Source: an uncultured Spirochaetota bacterium
GTDB lineage: Bacteria > Spirochaetota > Spirochaetia > SZUA-6 > CAVTHK01
DNA: 64,000 nucleotides
Reading direction: 5' to 3'
NCBI GenBank assembly: GCA_963734495.1
Contig: CAVTHK010000011.1
Coordinates: 544,001 to 608,000 of the forward strand
The position numbers were made by a program, and so were the translations under genes. The notes under the pieces were generated by a model. It was given only the letters and a program-made list of their open reading frames with translations. It made no database searches and was not told the DNA's origin. This document shows, in pieces, positions 11,406-21,287 of the stretch (positions within the stretch are counted from its first letter, which is position 1; every line of letters starts with the position of its first letter).

Positions 11406-12218
11406 ATGAACGTGCACAGGCCGGTGGTCCGGCGCCTCCTCACAGCCGTTCTCGTCCTGGGCGCGATCCCGCTGCCGGCCCAGGAGTGGGTCCGCGGCAT
11501 CACGGAACCGTATCACGACGTCACTCTGTCTTCGCCGGTGACGGGGATCGTCGTGGCGATCACGCGCAAGGAAGGCGATTCCGTCCGGCAGGGCGAGACC
11601 GTGCTCGAGCTCGAGCGCGACCTCGAGGAGCTGGAGGTCGAGCGACGGCGCCTCATCGCGGAGAGCAAGGCCGAGGTCACCGCCGCGCAGCGCCGCGTCG
11701 AGGCTCTCGCGCTCGACCTGGAGGCGACGCGACGGCTCTTTGCTTCGACGCAGTCGGTGTCCCGCGAAGAGCTGCGCCAGAAGGAGCTCGAGCACGAGCT
11801 GGCGCGCGGCGAATGGGAGCGGCTTCGGGTGGCCGAGGAGCGGGAAGACGTTGAGTACAGGATCGCGGTGGCTCAGCTCCAGAAGCGCCTGATCGTCGCG
11901 CCGTTCTCAGGCATCATCGTCAAGGTTCTCCCGGAGAGAGGGGAGACGGTCCATCCGCAGCAGCCGCTTGTCCGCATCGCCGACGTGTCGCGATGCCGCC
12001 TGGTCGTGTACATGCCCGCGGCCGCTTCGCGGCGGCTGGCGCGGGGCGCGACGGTGAGCGTGAGGGTGGACGGGGCCGGCGCGGCCGTCCCCGGAGTCGT
12101 GGAATACATCGCGCCCGTGGTGGATCCGTCCAGCGGCATGCAGGAGGTCAAGGTCCTCTTCGACAACCCGGACGGCGCGGTTCCACCCGGCGTCTCGGCG
12201 AGCCTGCTCGTGCGCTGA
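11406..12218 (+). CDS. Efflux/secretion periplasmic adaptor (membrane fusion protein)
   Basis: Signal peptide; lipoyl half-motifs 'KEGDSVRQGE' and 'APFSGII'; coiled hairpin; 'PVVDPSSG'. Confidence 0.85.
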   Translation: MNVHRPVVRRLLTAVLVLGAIPLPAQEWVRGITEPYHDVTLSSPVTGIVVAITRKEGDSVRQGETVLELERDLEELEVERRRLIAESKAEVTAAQRRVEALALDLEATRRLFASTQSVSREELRQKELEHELARGEWERLRVAEEREDVEYRIAVAQLQKRLIVAPFSGIIVKVLPERGETVHPQQPLVRIADVSRCRLVVYMPAAASRRLARGATVSVRVDGAGAAVPGVVEYIAPVVDPSSGMQEVKVLFDNPDGAVPPGVSASLLVR

Positions 12219-12277
12219 GCTGCACTGCAGGCGCCGAAGCGCACCGGCGCCGATGGCGGCCGGCGCCGGCGCGAGCC

Positions 12278-14152
12278 ATGGAAAGGGGTGCGGCCTTGGC
12301 TCAAAAACGGGTCTCGGTCGACGACGAGTCCTACCTCAGGCTTCTCGAAGGCGCGCAGAGACTGCGCCGGTTCGACGGCGAGCCGGCCCGCTTCTGGTCG
12401 GAGTTCCTCCGCAACCTGATGGCCCTGTCCGAGGCGGAGGAGGGCATCATTGCCGTCGGCGACGGCCGGGACGGCGCCTCGTGGCGCGTGCTCGCGCTGG
12501 AGCCGAGGTCCGCCGGCGACCAGGGGAAGCAGCGGCTTGCCGAGATCGCGTCCTTTGCCGGCCGCGCGCTGGAAAAGGGCATGGCGCGGTGGGAGCAGGA
12601 CGGGAGCGAGCTCGTGGCCCTGCGGCTCGAGACGGGGGCGGAGCCCGGGGCGTGCCTGCTCGCGCTCAAGGCGGGCGCGGGACAGGCGTTCACAAACGAG
12701 ACCGTCCGCCGCCTCGGGCTGCTCGCCGACGTGCCGGCCACCTACCAGCTCGCCAGGATCGCGACCGAAGCCAAGACGCGCGTCGAGCACTTTGCCGGCG
12801 TCCTCGACCTGATGGTGCTGATCAACGCGGAGCACCGCTTCCTCGCCGCGGCCATGACCTTCTGCAACGAGCTGGCCTCGCGACACCGCGCGGACCGCGT
12901 CAGCCTCGGATGGCTCGAACGCGGCTACGTGCGCCTGCAGGCCGTGAGCCACGTCGACCGCTTCCAGCGCAAGGCCGAAGCTGCCCAGATGCTCGAGGCG
13001 GCTATGGAGGAGGCGCTCGACCAGGACTCGGAGATCATCCTTCCGCCGCCGGGCGGCGCCGCCGCGGGCGCGGCCGCGCCCATCAGGCGCGACAGCCTGG
13101 CCTTTGCCCGCGCGAACGACATCGCCGACCTGTGCTCGCTCCCGCTGCGCGTCGACGACCAGGCGGTGGCCGTGTGTACCTGCGAGCGGAGCTCCGGGCC
13201 TTTCAGCGAGACGGAGCTGCGGCTCCTGCGCCTGTCCTGCGACCAGGCCGCGCGCCGCCTCGCGGATCTCAAGAGGGGCGATCGATGGGTCGGGGCGCGC
13301 GCGGCCGCTGCTGCGCGCGACCTGCTGCAGAAGGCTCTCGGCTGCGAGCACACCGGGGCGAAGCTCGCCGGCATCGCGGTCGCGGCGCTCCTCGCCGTGC
13401 TGATCTTCGGCAGGATGCCGCACAGGCCGAAGGCTCAGGCGATTCTCAGAGCCGAGACCGTGACCTACCTGACGGCCCCCTTCGACGGCCACCTGGAGAG
13501 CGTGAGGGTCCGCGTCGGCGACGGAGTCAAGAGAGGCGACGAGCTGCTCAGCCTCGATCGGGCCGAGCTCCTCCTCCGGGAGGCCGAGCTTCTTGCGGAA
13601 AAGAGCCGCTACACGAGCGAGCTGGAAAAAGCCCGCGCCTCCAACGCGCTGGCGGACGTGAGGATCGCCCAGGCCAACCTCGAGCAGTCCCAGGCCCGCC
13701 ACGACCTGGTGCGCTACCGGCTCTCCCAGGCCGCGATCACGGCCCCGTACGACGGGGTCGTCGTCGAGGGCGACCTGATGGAGCGCGTGGGCTCTCCGGT
13801 GCGCCAGGGCGACACGCTCTTCAAGCTGGCGCGCCTCGACGCGATGTACGTCGAGCTGGAGATCGCGGAAACGGACATCCAGTACGTGCATGCCGGCCTC
13901 GACGGCGACATCGCGTTTGCCAGCCGGCCCCAGGATCGCTACCCCGTGCGGGTGAGCCGCGCTGAGGCCGTGGCGGTGCCCAAGGAAAAGGGCAGCGTCT
14001 TCGTGTTCCGGGCGCAGCTCCTGGGGGCGACGGAGAGCTGGTGGAGGCCGGGGATGACCGGCGTCGCGCGCCTGGAGGCGGGCAGCCGCAGCCTGCTGTG
14101 GATTCTCACGCACCGCACGCTCGACTTTCTGCGGCTGCGTTTCTGGTGGTAG
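12278..14152 (+). CDS. GAF-domain-containing HlyD-family membrane fusion protein
   Basis: GAF-like region ('ADRVSLG', 'LCSLPLRVDDQAVAVCTCER'), a TM segment, then MFP motifs 'APFDG...VRVGDGV' and 'WRPGMTG'. Confidence 0.8.
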   Translation: MERGAALAQKRVSVDDESYLRLLEGAQRLRRFDGEPARFWSEFLRNLMALSEAEEGIIAVGDGRDGASWRVLALEPRSAGDQGKQRLAEIASFAGRALEKGMARWEQDGSELVALRLETGAEPGACLLALKAGAGQAFTNETVRRLGLLADVPATYQLARIATEAKTRVEHFAGVLDLMVLINAEHRFLAAAMTFCNELASRHRADRVSLGWLERGYVRLQAVSHVDRFQRKAEAAQMLEAAMEEALDQDSEIILPPPGGAAAGAAAPIRRDSLAFARANDIADLCSLPLRVDDQAVAVCTCERSSGPFSETELRLLRLSCDQAARRLADLKRGDRWVGARAAAAARDLLQKALGCEHTGAKLAGIAVAALLAVLIFGRMPHRPKAQAILRAETVTYLTAPFDGHLESVRVRVGDGVKRGDELLSLDRAELLLREAELLAEKSRYTSELEKARASNALADVRIAQANLEQSQARHDLVRYRLSQAAITAPYDGVVVEGDLMERVGSPVRQGDTLFKLARLDAMYVELEIAETDIQYVHAGLDGDIAFASRPQDRYPVRVSRAEAVAVPKEKGSVFVFRAQLLGATESWWRPGMTGVARLEAGSRSLLWILTHRTLDFLRLRFWW

Positions 14153-14156
14153 GGGC

Positions 14157-16313
14157 ATGGCCGAAGAGAGCCAGATATTCCACGAGAGCTGGTATCGTAT
14201 CGCGAACCAGCGCCTCTCCCTGCGCGCGAGCGTGCGCGTGAGGAGGCAGCTGTTCCGGGGGGCGCTCTGGTACGTGCTCTTCGACCCGTTTGGCGACCAG
14301 TTCTACCGGCTGCGCCCGGCGGCCTGGCGGTTCGTGGCGCGTCTCGCGGAGCGGCGTACGGTCGAGGAGGTGTGGAAGGAATCCATAGCCGTCGATCCGG
14401 ACAACGCTCCGGGACAGGAGGAGGTGATCCAGCTTCTCGCGCAGCTCTACCACGCCAACCTCCTGCACTACGAGCTCGCGGCGGACAGCGCGAAGCTCTT
14501 CGAGCGCTACCGGGAGACGAAGCAGAAGATCAGGCGCTCGGCCCTCGCCAACATCATGTTCTTCCGCCTTCCGCTGCTCGATCCCGACGCCGCTCTCCGA
14601 CGCCTCCTGCCGCTCGTGCGGCCTCTGATGGGGCCGTTGGGCGCGGCGATCTGGCTCGCGGTCGTCGGGTGGGGCGCCAAGACCGCGATCGAGAGCTTCG
14701 CCGCGCTCTCGGTGCGGAGCCAGGGGATTCTCGCCCTGCCCAACATCCCTCTGCTCTACCTCGGGATGTTCATCGTCAAGGCGCTCCACGAGCTCGGGCA
14801 CGCCTTTGCCGTGCGGCGGTACGGGGGCGAAGTCCACTCCATGGGGGTCATGTTCCTCATCTTCAACCCGCTGCCGTACGTGGACGCGACCGCGGCCTGG
14901 GCCTTCCGCAGCAAGGGACGGCGGGTGCTGGTGAGCGCGGCCGGCATGATCGTCGAGCTGTTCGTCGCCGCCCTCGCCGTGTTCGTCTGGGCCGGCACGA
15001 AGCCCGGGACGCTGAATGCGCTCGCCTACAACATGATCTTCGTGGCCTCGGTCTCGACGGTTCTCTTCAACATCAACCCTCTTCTCCGCTTCGACGGCTA
15101 CTACATCCTCTCGGACCTGCTCGACATCCCCAACCTCAGCACCCAGGCCGTGCAGCACCTCAGGCACCTCGTGGAGCGCTACGCTTTCGGGTGGAGGAAA
15201 TCGCGCAGCCCGGCCGGCAGCGTCAAGGAGGCCTTCTGGCTGACCGTCTTCGGCATCGCCAGCGGCCTGTACAGGCTCGTGGTCTTCGGATCGATACTCC
15301 TGTTCGTCGCCGACCGGCTCCTGGTGCTGGGAGTGATCATGGCGGGCATCTGCGCGGTCGCGTGGGTGGTCGTGCCGGCGCTGCGGCTCATCCGCTACCT
15401 CGCTTCGGATCCCCGCCTCGAGCGCACGCGGCTGCGCGCGGCGCTCGTGTGCCTCGCGGCGCTCGCCGGATGCGGGGCGCTGCTTTACCTGGTCCCCTTT
15501 CCCGCGAGCTTCCGCGCTCCCGGCGTGCTCGAGGCGACCCAGCACGCATTCGTGGTCAACCCCGTGGACGGCCGCGTCCAGGAGGTCCTCGTGCGGTCGG
15601 GCAATCGGGTGGAGCAGGGGACGCCGCTGGTGCGCCTGGGCAACGACGAGATCGAGCTCGCGATCCGGGAGGCGAACGCCGCCCTCGCCGCGGCCGCGGC
15701 GATGGAGCAGAAGGCCCTCAGCACGAGCCAGGCGGATCTCAAGGCCGTGCAGAGCCTGAGGGACAGCATCACGAAGAGGCTTGAAAAGCTTCGCGAGGAA
15801 CAGAGGGACCTAGTGGTGAAGGCCGACATCCCGGGCGTCTGGATTGCTCCCGACGTCGACGACCTCTCCGGGATGTGGCTGCGGCGCGGGACGCCGCTGG
15901 GAGAGCTGGTGGACGACCGCGGCTTTCGCTTCGCCTCGGTCGTCTCCGAGGACGACGTCTCCCAGGTGTTCTCCGGCAATGTGCTCGCGATCGAAGTGAG
16001 GCTGGCCGGGGAGGCGCACGTCGGCCTCCCGGCGCCCGGCTACGACGTGATCCCTATGGAGCAGAAACGGCTCCCCTCGAGGGCGCTGGGGTTCGGAGGA
16101 GGCGGGGAGATCGCGGTGGAGACGCGCGAGGCGAGCGGGGCCGTGGCGGTCGAGCCCTTCTACGAGGTGAGAGTGAACGTGCCCACCGACCGCGGCGTGG
16201 CGCTCGTGCACGGCCGCTCCGGAACGGTCCGCTTCCGGCTGGGCCCCGAGCCGCTGCTGCGGCAGTGGTACCGGCGCCTGCGCCAGCTCGTGCAGACGCG
16301 CTACCAGATGTAG
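14157..16313 (+). CDS. M50 (site-2) intramembrane peptidase fused to a HlyD-like adaptor, with an N-terminal PqqD-like region
   Basis: HEXXH 'HELGH', 'NINPLLRFDGYY', multiple TMs, C-terminal lipoyl/coiled-coil MFP. Confidence 0.85.
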   Translation: MAEESQIFHESWYRIANQRLSLRASVRVRRQLFRGALWYVLFDPFGDQFYRLRPAAWRFVARLAERRTVEEVWKESIAVDPDNAPGQEEVIQLLAQLYHANLLHYELAADSAKLFERYRETKQKIRRSALANIMFFRLPLLDPDAALRRLLPLVRPLMGPLGAAIWLAVVGWGAKTAIESFAALSVRSQGILALPNIPLLYLGMFIVKALHELGHAFAVRRYGGEVHSMGVMFLIFNPLPYVDATAAWAFRSKGRRVLVSAAGMIVELFVAALAVFVWAGTKPGTLNALAYNMIFVASVSTVLFNINPLLRFDGYYILSDLLDIPNLSTQAVQHLRHLVERYAFGWRKSRSPAGSVKEAFWLTVFGIASGLYRLVVFGSILLFVADRLLVLGVIMAGICAVAWVVVPALRLIRYLASDPRLERTRLRAALVCLAALAGCGALLYLVPFPASFRAPGVLEATQHAFVVNPVDGRVQEVLVRSGNRVEQGTPLVRLGNDEIELAIREANAALAAAAAMEQKALSTSQADLKAVQSLRDSITKRLEKLREEQRDLVVKADIPGVWIAPDVDDLSGMWLRRGTPLGELVDDRGFRFASVVSEDDVSQVFSGNVLAIEVRLAGEAHVGLPAPGYDVIPMEQKRLPSRALGFGGGGEIAVETREASGAVAVEPFYEVRVNVPTDRGVALVHGRSGTVRFRLGPEPLLRQWYRRLRQLVQTRYQM

Positions 16314-16324
16314 AGGCCGGATCG

Positions 16325-18310
16325 ATGAGCTTTCTCACGAGCGACTACCGGCGGACCACGATCCGCAAGCCGCGTCCCCTGCTGTCGGGCCTGGACTCCC
16401 GCGTGCACGGGATCTCCGGATTCCTCGCCCACGGCCTCGGCGCTTCCGGGGAGCTCATGGCGAAGGCGGAGGAGACAGACGGCCTCGCTCCGGAGTTCAA
16501 GGATCTCGGGGAGAGCGCCCTCCGCAGGCAGGTGCTCGAGCTTCGCGAGGCCTTCCGCCGCCGCAAGGCGGGCTGCGAAGAGCTGGTTCCCAGGGCGCTC
16601 GCAGCCGTGCGGGAGGTGGCGGCCCGCACGGTGGGCCTGCGTCCGTACGTGGTGCAGCTCGCGGGGGCGCTCGCGCTGCACAAGGGACGGATCGCGGAGA
16701 TGGCCACGGGCGAGGGCAAGACCCTCACCGCCGCGCTGGCGGGCGTGCTCGCCGGATGGACCGGGCTGCCGTGTCACGTGATCACCGTCAACGACTACCT
16801 GGCCGATCGGGACGCCAGGTGGATGGGCCTCATCTACTCGTTCTGCGACGTCTCCGTGGGCTGCGTGACGGGCGAGATGGACCCGGAAGCGCGGCGCGAC
16901 GCCTATTCGCGGGACGTGACCTACGTCACGAACAAGGAGATCGTCGCCGACTTCCTGCGCGATCGCCTCTGGCTCGGCGCGCTGCAGAAGGTCGGTCGAC
17001 GCCAGATCACGGCGCTGCTCGGACACGACGACGAGATCGAGCGCGGGCTGGTGACGCGCGGCATCCACGCCGCGATCGTCGACGAGGCGGACAGCCTCCT
17101 CATCGACGAGGCGGTCACGCCGCTCATCATCTCGAAGGCCCTCCCCAACGAGGTGTTCACAGAGGCCTGCCGCGTGGCGGACGGCCTCGCGTCCGAGCTG
17201 CAGGCGGGCATCGACTACCGCGTCGACCAGAAGCGCAGGGACGTCGAGCTCGCGCCCGCGACCGCCGAGAAGCTTGCCGCCCGCATCCGGGGCTCCGGCG
17301 CGCGCTTCCGGGCGGTGGGCGGCCACCTGGAGCTGGTCCACCAGGCGCTCACGGCGAGGGAGTTCTTCCACAGGGACCAGCAGTACGTGCTGCAGGACGG
17401 CAAGGTCGTCATCGTCGACGAGTTCACCGGGCGCCAGATGCCGCACCGCACCTGGCGCGCCGGGCTCCACCAGTTCATCGAGGCGAAGGAGAGCCTGCCC
17501 ATGACGACGCCGACCGAGACGCTGGCGAGGCTCAGCTTCCAGCGCTTCTACCGCTTTTTCCACAAGCTCTCCGGCATGACCGGCACGGCGTCCGAAGCGG
17601 CCCAGGAGCTCTGGGACATCTACGAGCTGGCGGTCGTGACGATCCCCGAGAACAGGCCGTGCCGGAGGCGGGTCTATCCGGCGCTGGCCTTCGCGGACGA
17701 GGAATCGAAGGCGCGGGCGATCGTGCGGGAAATCGTGGCGCTGCACAGGGAGGGACGGCCGGTCCTGGTCGGCACACGCAGCGTCAAGGCAAGCGAGCAC
17801 CTCGCGTCCCTGCTGGCATCGACGGGTCTCTGGTTCCGGGTGCTCAACGCGGTCCGTCACGCCGAGGAGGCGGCCATCGTCGCCAGGGCGGGCGAGGAAG
17901 GCGCAATCACCGTAGCCACCAACATGGCGGGCCGGGGCACCGACATCCTGCTCGGCGGCGGCGTCGCCGCGCGCGGAGGCCTGCACGTGATCGCTTCGGA
18001 GGGCCACGAGTCGCAGCGCATCGACCGGCAATTGTTCGGCCGCTGCGCCCGCCAGGGCGACCCCGGAAGCGCGAGGCTCTTCGTCAGCCTGGAGGACGAG
18101 ATCATCCGTCGCCATGTCCCCGGGGCGCTGAGGCGGCTGATAGGACGGGAGGTCGCGGCCGGGATGCCGGGCGCCAGGGCGGCCGCGGTGGCGGCGCTGC
18201 GCGCCGGTCAGGCCGCGGCCGAGAGGCTCGCGTACCGCAGGCGCCGCTCCGTGCTGCGGACCGACACGTGGCTCGACGACTCGCTGTCGTTCGCGCCGGA
18301 CGTGTCGTGA
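16325..18310 (+). CDS. Accessory SecA-like ATPase (SecA_DEAD paralog, C-terminally short, 661 aa)
   Basis: 'EMATGEGKT', 'TVNDYLA', 'VDEADS', 'VDEFTGR', 'ATNMAGRGTDI', 'GRCARQGDPG'; ends soon after NBD2. Confidence 0.9.
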   Translation: MSFLTSDYRRTTIRKPRPLLSGLDSRVHGISGFLAHGLGASGELMAKAEETDGLAPEFKDLGESALRRQVLELREAFRRRKAGCEELVPRALAAVREVAARTVGLRPYVVQLAGALALHKGRIAEMATGEGKTLTAALAGVLAGWTGLPCHVITVNDYLADRDARWMGLIYSFCDVSVGCVTGEMDPEARRDAYSRDVTYVTNKEIVADFLRDRLWLGALQKVGRRQITALLGHDDEIERGLVTRGIHAAIVDEADSLLIDEAVTPLIISKALPNEVFTEACRVADGLASELQAGIDYRVDQKRRDVELAPATAEKLAARIRGSGARFRAVGGHLELVHQALTAREFFHRDQQYVLQDGKVVIVDEFTGRQMPHRTWRAGLHQFIEAKESLPMTTPTETLARLSFQRFYRFFHKLSGMTGTASEAAQELWDIYELAVVTIPENRPCRRRVYPALAFADEESKARAIVREIVALHREGRPVLVGTRSVKASEHLASLLASTGLWFRVLNAVRHAEEAAIVARAGEEGAITVATNMAGRGTDILLGGGVAARGGLHVIASEGHESQRIDRQLFGRCARQGDPGSARLFVSLEDEIIRRHVPGALRRLIGREVAAGMPGARAAAVAALRAGQAAAERLAYRRRRSVLRTDTWLDDSLSFAPDVS

Positions 18311-18353
18311 AGGGACGCGATTCTTCCTTGACAGACGGGGGCGAGGGTACAAG

Positions 18354-18974
18354 ATGAGACTGATGAAGAACGTAGCGGTTTCGCCTCTGGCTGCAACAGC
18401 TCTGTGCGCGCTGCTGCTCGGCCTGGCTCCCGGGCTCGGAGCTCAGGAGCAGCAGGAAAAGCCGCCATGGCTCGCGATCGGCCCGCGCATCGGGGTCACG
18501 GGCGTCGTGACGCCTCAGTGGAGGTTCGACAGACAGATCCAGCAGATCCGCTCGCGCGACTCCATGTACTTTCCGGTGTACAGCGAGATCGGCCTCAACC
18601 TGGATGAGCGCATCCGGCTCGATGCGTCGGGCTCCGCGCTGATCTTCCGGCAGACCGTGCTCGCGGGGGGGCTTGATCAGAACGTCCTGCTGCCCTCGCT
18701 CGCGGGGCTCGTGGGGATCGGCACCGGCTTCGGGCTGGAGGCACTCGTGGGTCCGGAGCTCAGCCTGCACGCCTCGACCGGGGACCCCAGGTACGTGGCC
18801 TCGCTCGCCGTGGCTGTGGGATGGGTGTTTCGGGCCTGGGACAGGCCGGTGCCGCTGACTCTGGTGGTCGTGCCGCTGTCCGTCGACTGGGAGCCCAGAA
18901 TCACGCTACTCGCGGGCATCGACCTTCCGATCAGGATTCGCATCCCCAGGGAGAAGCCGGCCTTCAATTATTGA
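18354..18974 (+). CDS. Hypothetical exported protein, beta-strand rich
   Basis: Signal peptide ending 'LGAQE'; alternating hydrophobic strands. Confidence 0.6.
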   Translation: MRLMKNVAVSPLAATALCALLLGLAPGLGAQEQQEKPPWLAIGPRIGVTGVVTPQWRFDRQIQQIRSRDSMYFPVYSEIGLNLDERIRLDASGSALIFRQTVLAGGLDQNVLLPSLAGLVGIGTGFGLEALVGPELSLHASTGDPRYVASLAVAVGWVFRAWDRPVPLTLVVVPLSVDWEPRITLLAGIDLPIRIRIPREKPAFNY

Positions 18975-19083
18975 GAGCCTTCCCTGCCAGGCCCGGATCC
19001 GCACAGCCGGGGCTGTCTTTGCCCGCGCCGTCGAGAGTGGGGCCGGCGGAGCGAGATTCGAGCATGCGACGCCCGGGGCACCG

Positions 19084-19126
19084 GTCAAACTTCAGTTTTG
19101 ACTTCGCATGGCGGATGAGCGAGAAT
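19084..19126 (+). promoter_or_regulatory. Putative sigma-70 promoter with an inverted repeat overlapping -35
   Basis: GTCAAA-N7-TTTGAC; TTGACT-N17-GAGAAT upstream of the SBP start at 19151. Confidence 0.4.
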
Positions 19127-19150
19127 TCGGCGCACAGAGGAGGGTCTCGC

Positions 19151-20126
19151 ATGAAAAAGGTTGTCGCCGTTCTGCTGGCGCTGGCGGTCGTCGTCTCGTT
19201 CGCGAGCTGCGCCAGAGAAGGCTCCGAAGAAGATCACCTTCGCCTACATGTCCGGGATCGAAGATCCGTTCATGCACATGATCGAGAAGGGCGCCAGGGC
19301 CAAGGCCCAGGAGCTGGGTGTGGAGGTCCTCACCGCGGAGTACCCCAAGGCCTGGGGCCCGGAGATCCAGGTCCCGATCCTCGAAGCCCTCTCCGCGCGC
19401 GGCGGCTTTGATTTCCTCATCGTGGTCCCCACCTCGACCAAGGCCCTGGTCGCGCCGCTCAAGAAGATCAGCGACAAGGGCATCCCGATGGTCACCACGG
19501 ACACCTACCTCGGCGACGGCGACTACTCCAAGGCGAGCGACTATTCGTTCCCGCTGGCCTACATCGGCACGGACAACGAGCTCGGCGGCTACGAGGTCGG
19601 CAAGCGGCTGGCTGACATGGTCGGCAAGAAGGGGAAAGTCTACATGAACACGACGAACCCCGACGTGTCGAGCGTCAGCGGGAGACGCGACGGGTTCCTC
19701 CGCGCGATCAAGGAGTACCCCGAAATCAAGGTCGTCGCCGTCGACTACAACCTGGACGTGCAGGAGACCGCGCAGAGACAGACCGCGGCCATCCTGCAGG
19801 CCAACCCGGACCTGAAGGGCATCTTCGGCACGAACCTCTTCAGCGCCCAGGGCGCCTACCAGGCGGTGGTCAACGCGGGGCTCACGGGAGCGGTCAAGAT
19901 CGCCTCCTGGGACGCCACGGTCGACCTCATCGGCGCGCTCAAGGCCGGCAAGGTGGACCTCGTCCTCGCGCAGAAGCCGTTCGAGATCGGCTCCCTTGCC
20001 GTGGATTGGGGCTACAAGTACCTGACGCAGAAGGCCCAGGTCCCCAAGAGGATCGTGCCTGGCTTCTTCTTCTTCACCAAGGACAACGTCGACAGCCCGG
20101 ACGCTCAGCAGTACATCTACAAGTAG
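19151..20126 (+). CDS. Sugar ABC substrate-binding protein (RbsB-like, probable lipoprotein), with an apparent +1 frameshift near 19213
   Basis: GAGGAGG RBS and signal MKKVVAVLLALAVVVSFASC in one frame; mature domain ('YIGTDNELGG', 'LAQKPFEIG') in the +1 frame. Confidence 0.85.
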
Positions 20127-20142
20127 AGCCGGCGTCAGGAGG

Positions 20143-20180
20143 ACAGACGGCCGCGCGAGCGGCCGTCTGTGTTTGTTTGT
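20143..20180 (+). terminator. GNRA-capped stem-loop with U-rich tail after the SBP gene
   Basis: ACAGACGGCCGC-GCGA-GCGGCCGTCTGT followed by GTTTGTTTGT. Confidence 0.6.
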
Positions 20181-20212
20181 GCGCCGCGGGGGCGGATGCT
20201 ATAGTGGCATCC

Positions 20213-21287
20213 ATGGCGGCGCTCTCCCCGGCACAGCGCTGGGTCTCCCGGGTCGGCGAACGATGGGCCGTCCTCTTCCTGATCCTGCTCGTCGTGGTGT
20301 TCAGCCTGGTCGACTCGCACTTTTTCGCCTTCAGGAATTTCAACAACATCCTGTATTTCTCGACGACCTACCTCCTGCTGGCGGTCGGCGAGACGTTCGT
20401 GATCGTCTCCGGCGGGATCGACCTCTCGGTCGGCTTCGTCATGGGCTTCGTGGGCGTCGTCTCTGCGATGGTCATGCGCGACCTGCACGCGGCCGGGTGG
20501 CCTCAAGGCGCGAGCATGATGCTGGGCGCCGGCGTCGGGCTCGCGCTCGGCTTGATCCCCGGCCTGCGTCAACGGCGTGCTCGTGGCGCGGCTGCGCGTG
20601 CCGCCGTTCATCGCCACCCTCGGCACCTACGGGGTGGCCAACGGCGTGGCCCTCAACCTCTCCAAGGGCTTCCCCATCACGTTCCTTCCCCCGAGGGCCG
20701 GCGAGATCGGGAACAGCTTTCTCGCGTATGTCCTGCCCGGCCGGGAGTTCCGGTTCTTCCGCAGGCCCGAAGGGATCATGAATGACCAGCTCCGCAACCT
20801 GGTCGGGATCCTGCCGGGTACCGTGATCGTGACCGCCGCCGTCGTCGGGGTGTTCGCGTTCGTGCTCGGCCGCACGCGCTTCGGCCAGCACACCTACGCG
20901 ATCGGCGGCAGCCAGGACGCGGCCATCAGGGCCGGGATCGACGTGCCCGGACACCTGATGCGCATCTACCTGATCTCGTCGTTCCTTGCCTCGTTCGCCG
21001 GCGTTCTGTACGTGTTCCGCTCCGGCGTCGGGAACTTCACCACCATGAGCGCCTCGTACGAGCTGTTCGCGATCGCAGCCGTGGTCATCGGGGGCGCGAG
21101 CCTGTTCGGCGGCAAAGGCGGAATCGGCGGGACGACCGTCGGGATACTGATCCTGCTGACTCTGGAGAACGGGCTGACGATCACGGGGATCCCGGCCTTC
21201 TACCGCTACATCGCCACCGGCGTCATCCTGATCGCGGCCGTCGTCATCGACCAGGTCGCGCCTGAGCGCGAGGCCCGCGGTGAGTAG
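20213..21287 (+). CDS. Sugar ABC permease (RbsC-like), with an apparent +1 frameshift near 20567
   Basis: 'GGIDLSVG', 'PPFIATLG', 'YAIGGS'; the adjacent paralog reads 'IPGLVNG' where this copy has an extra C. Confidence 0.85.
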
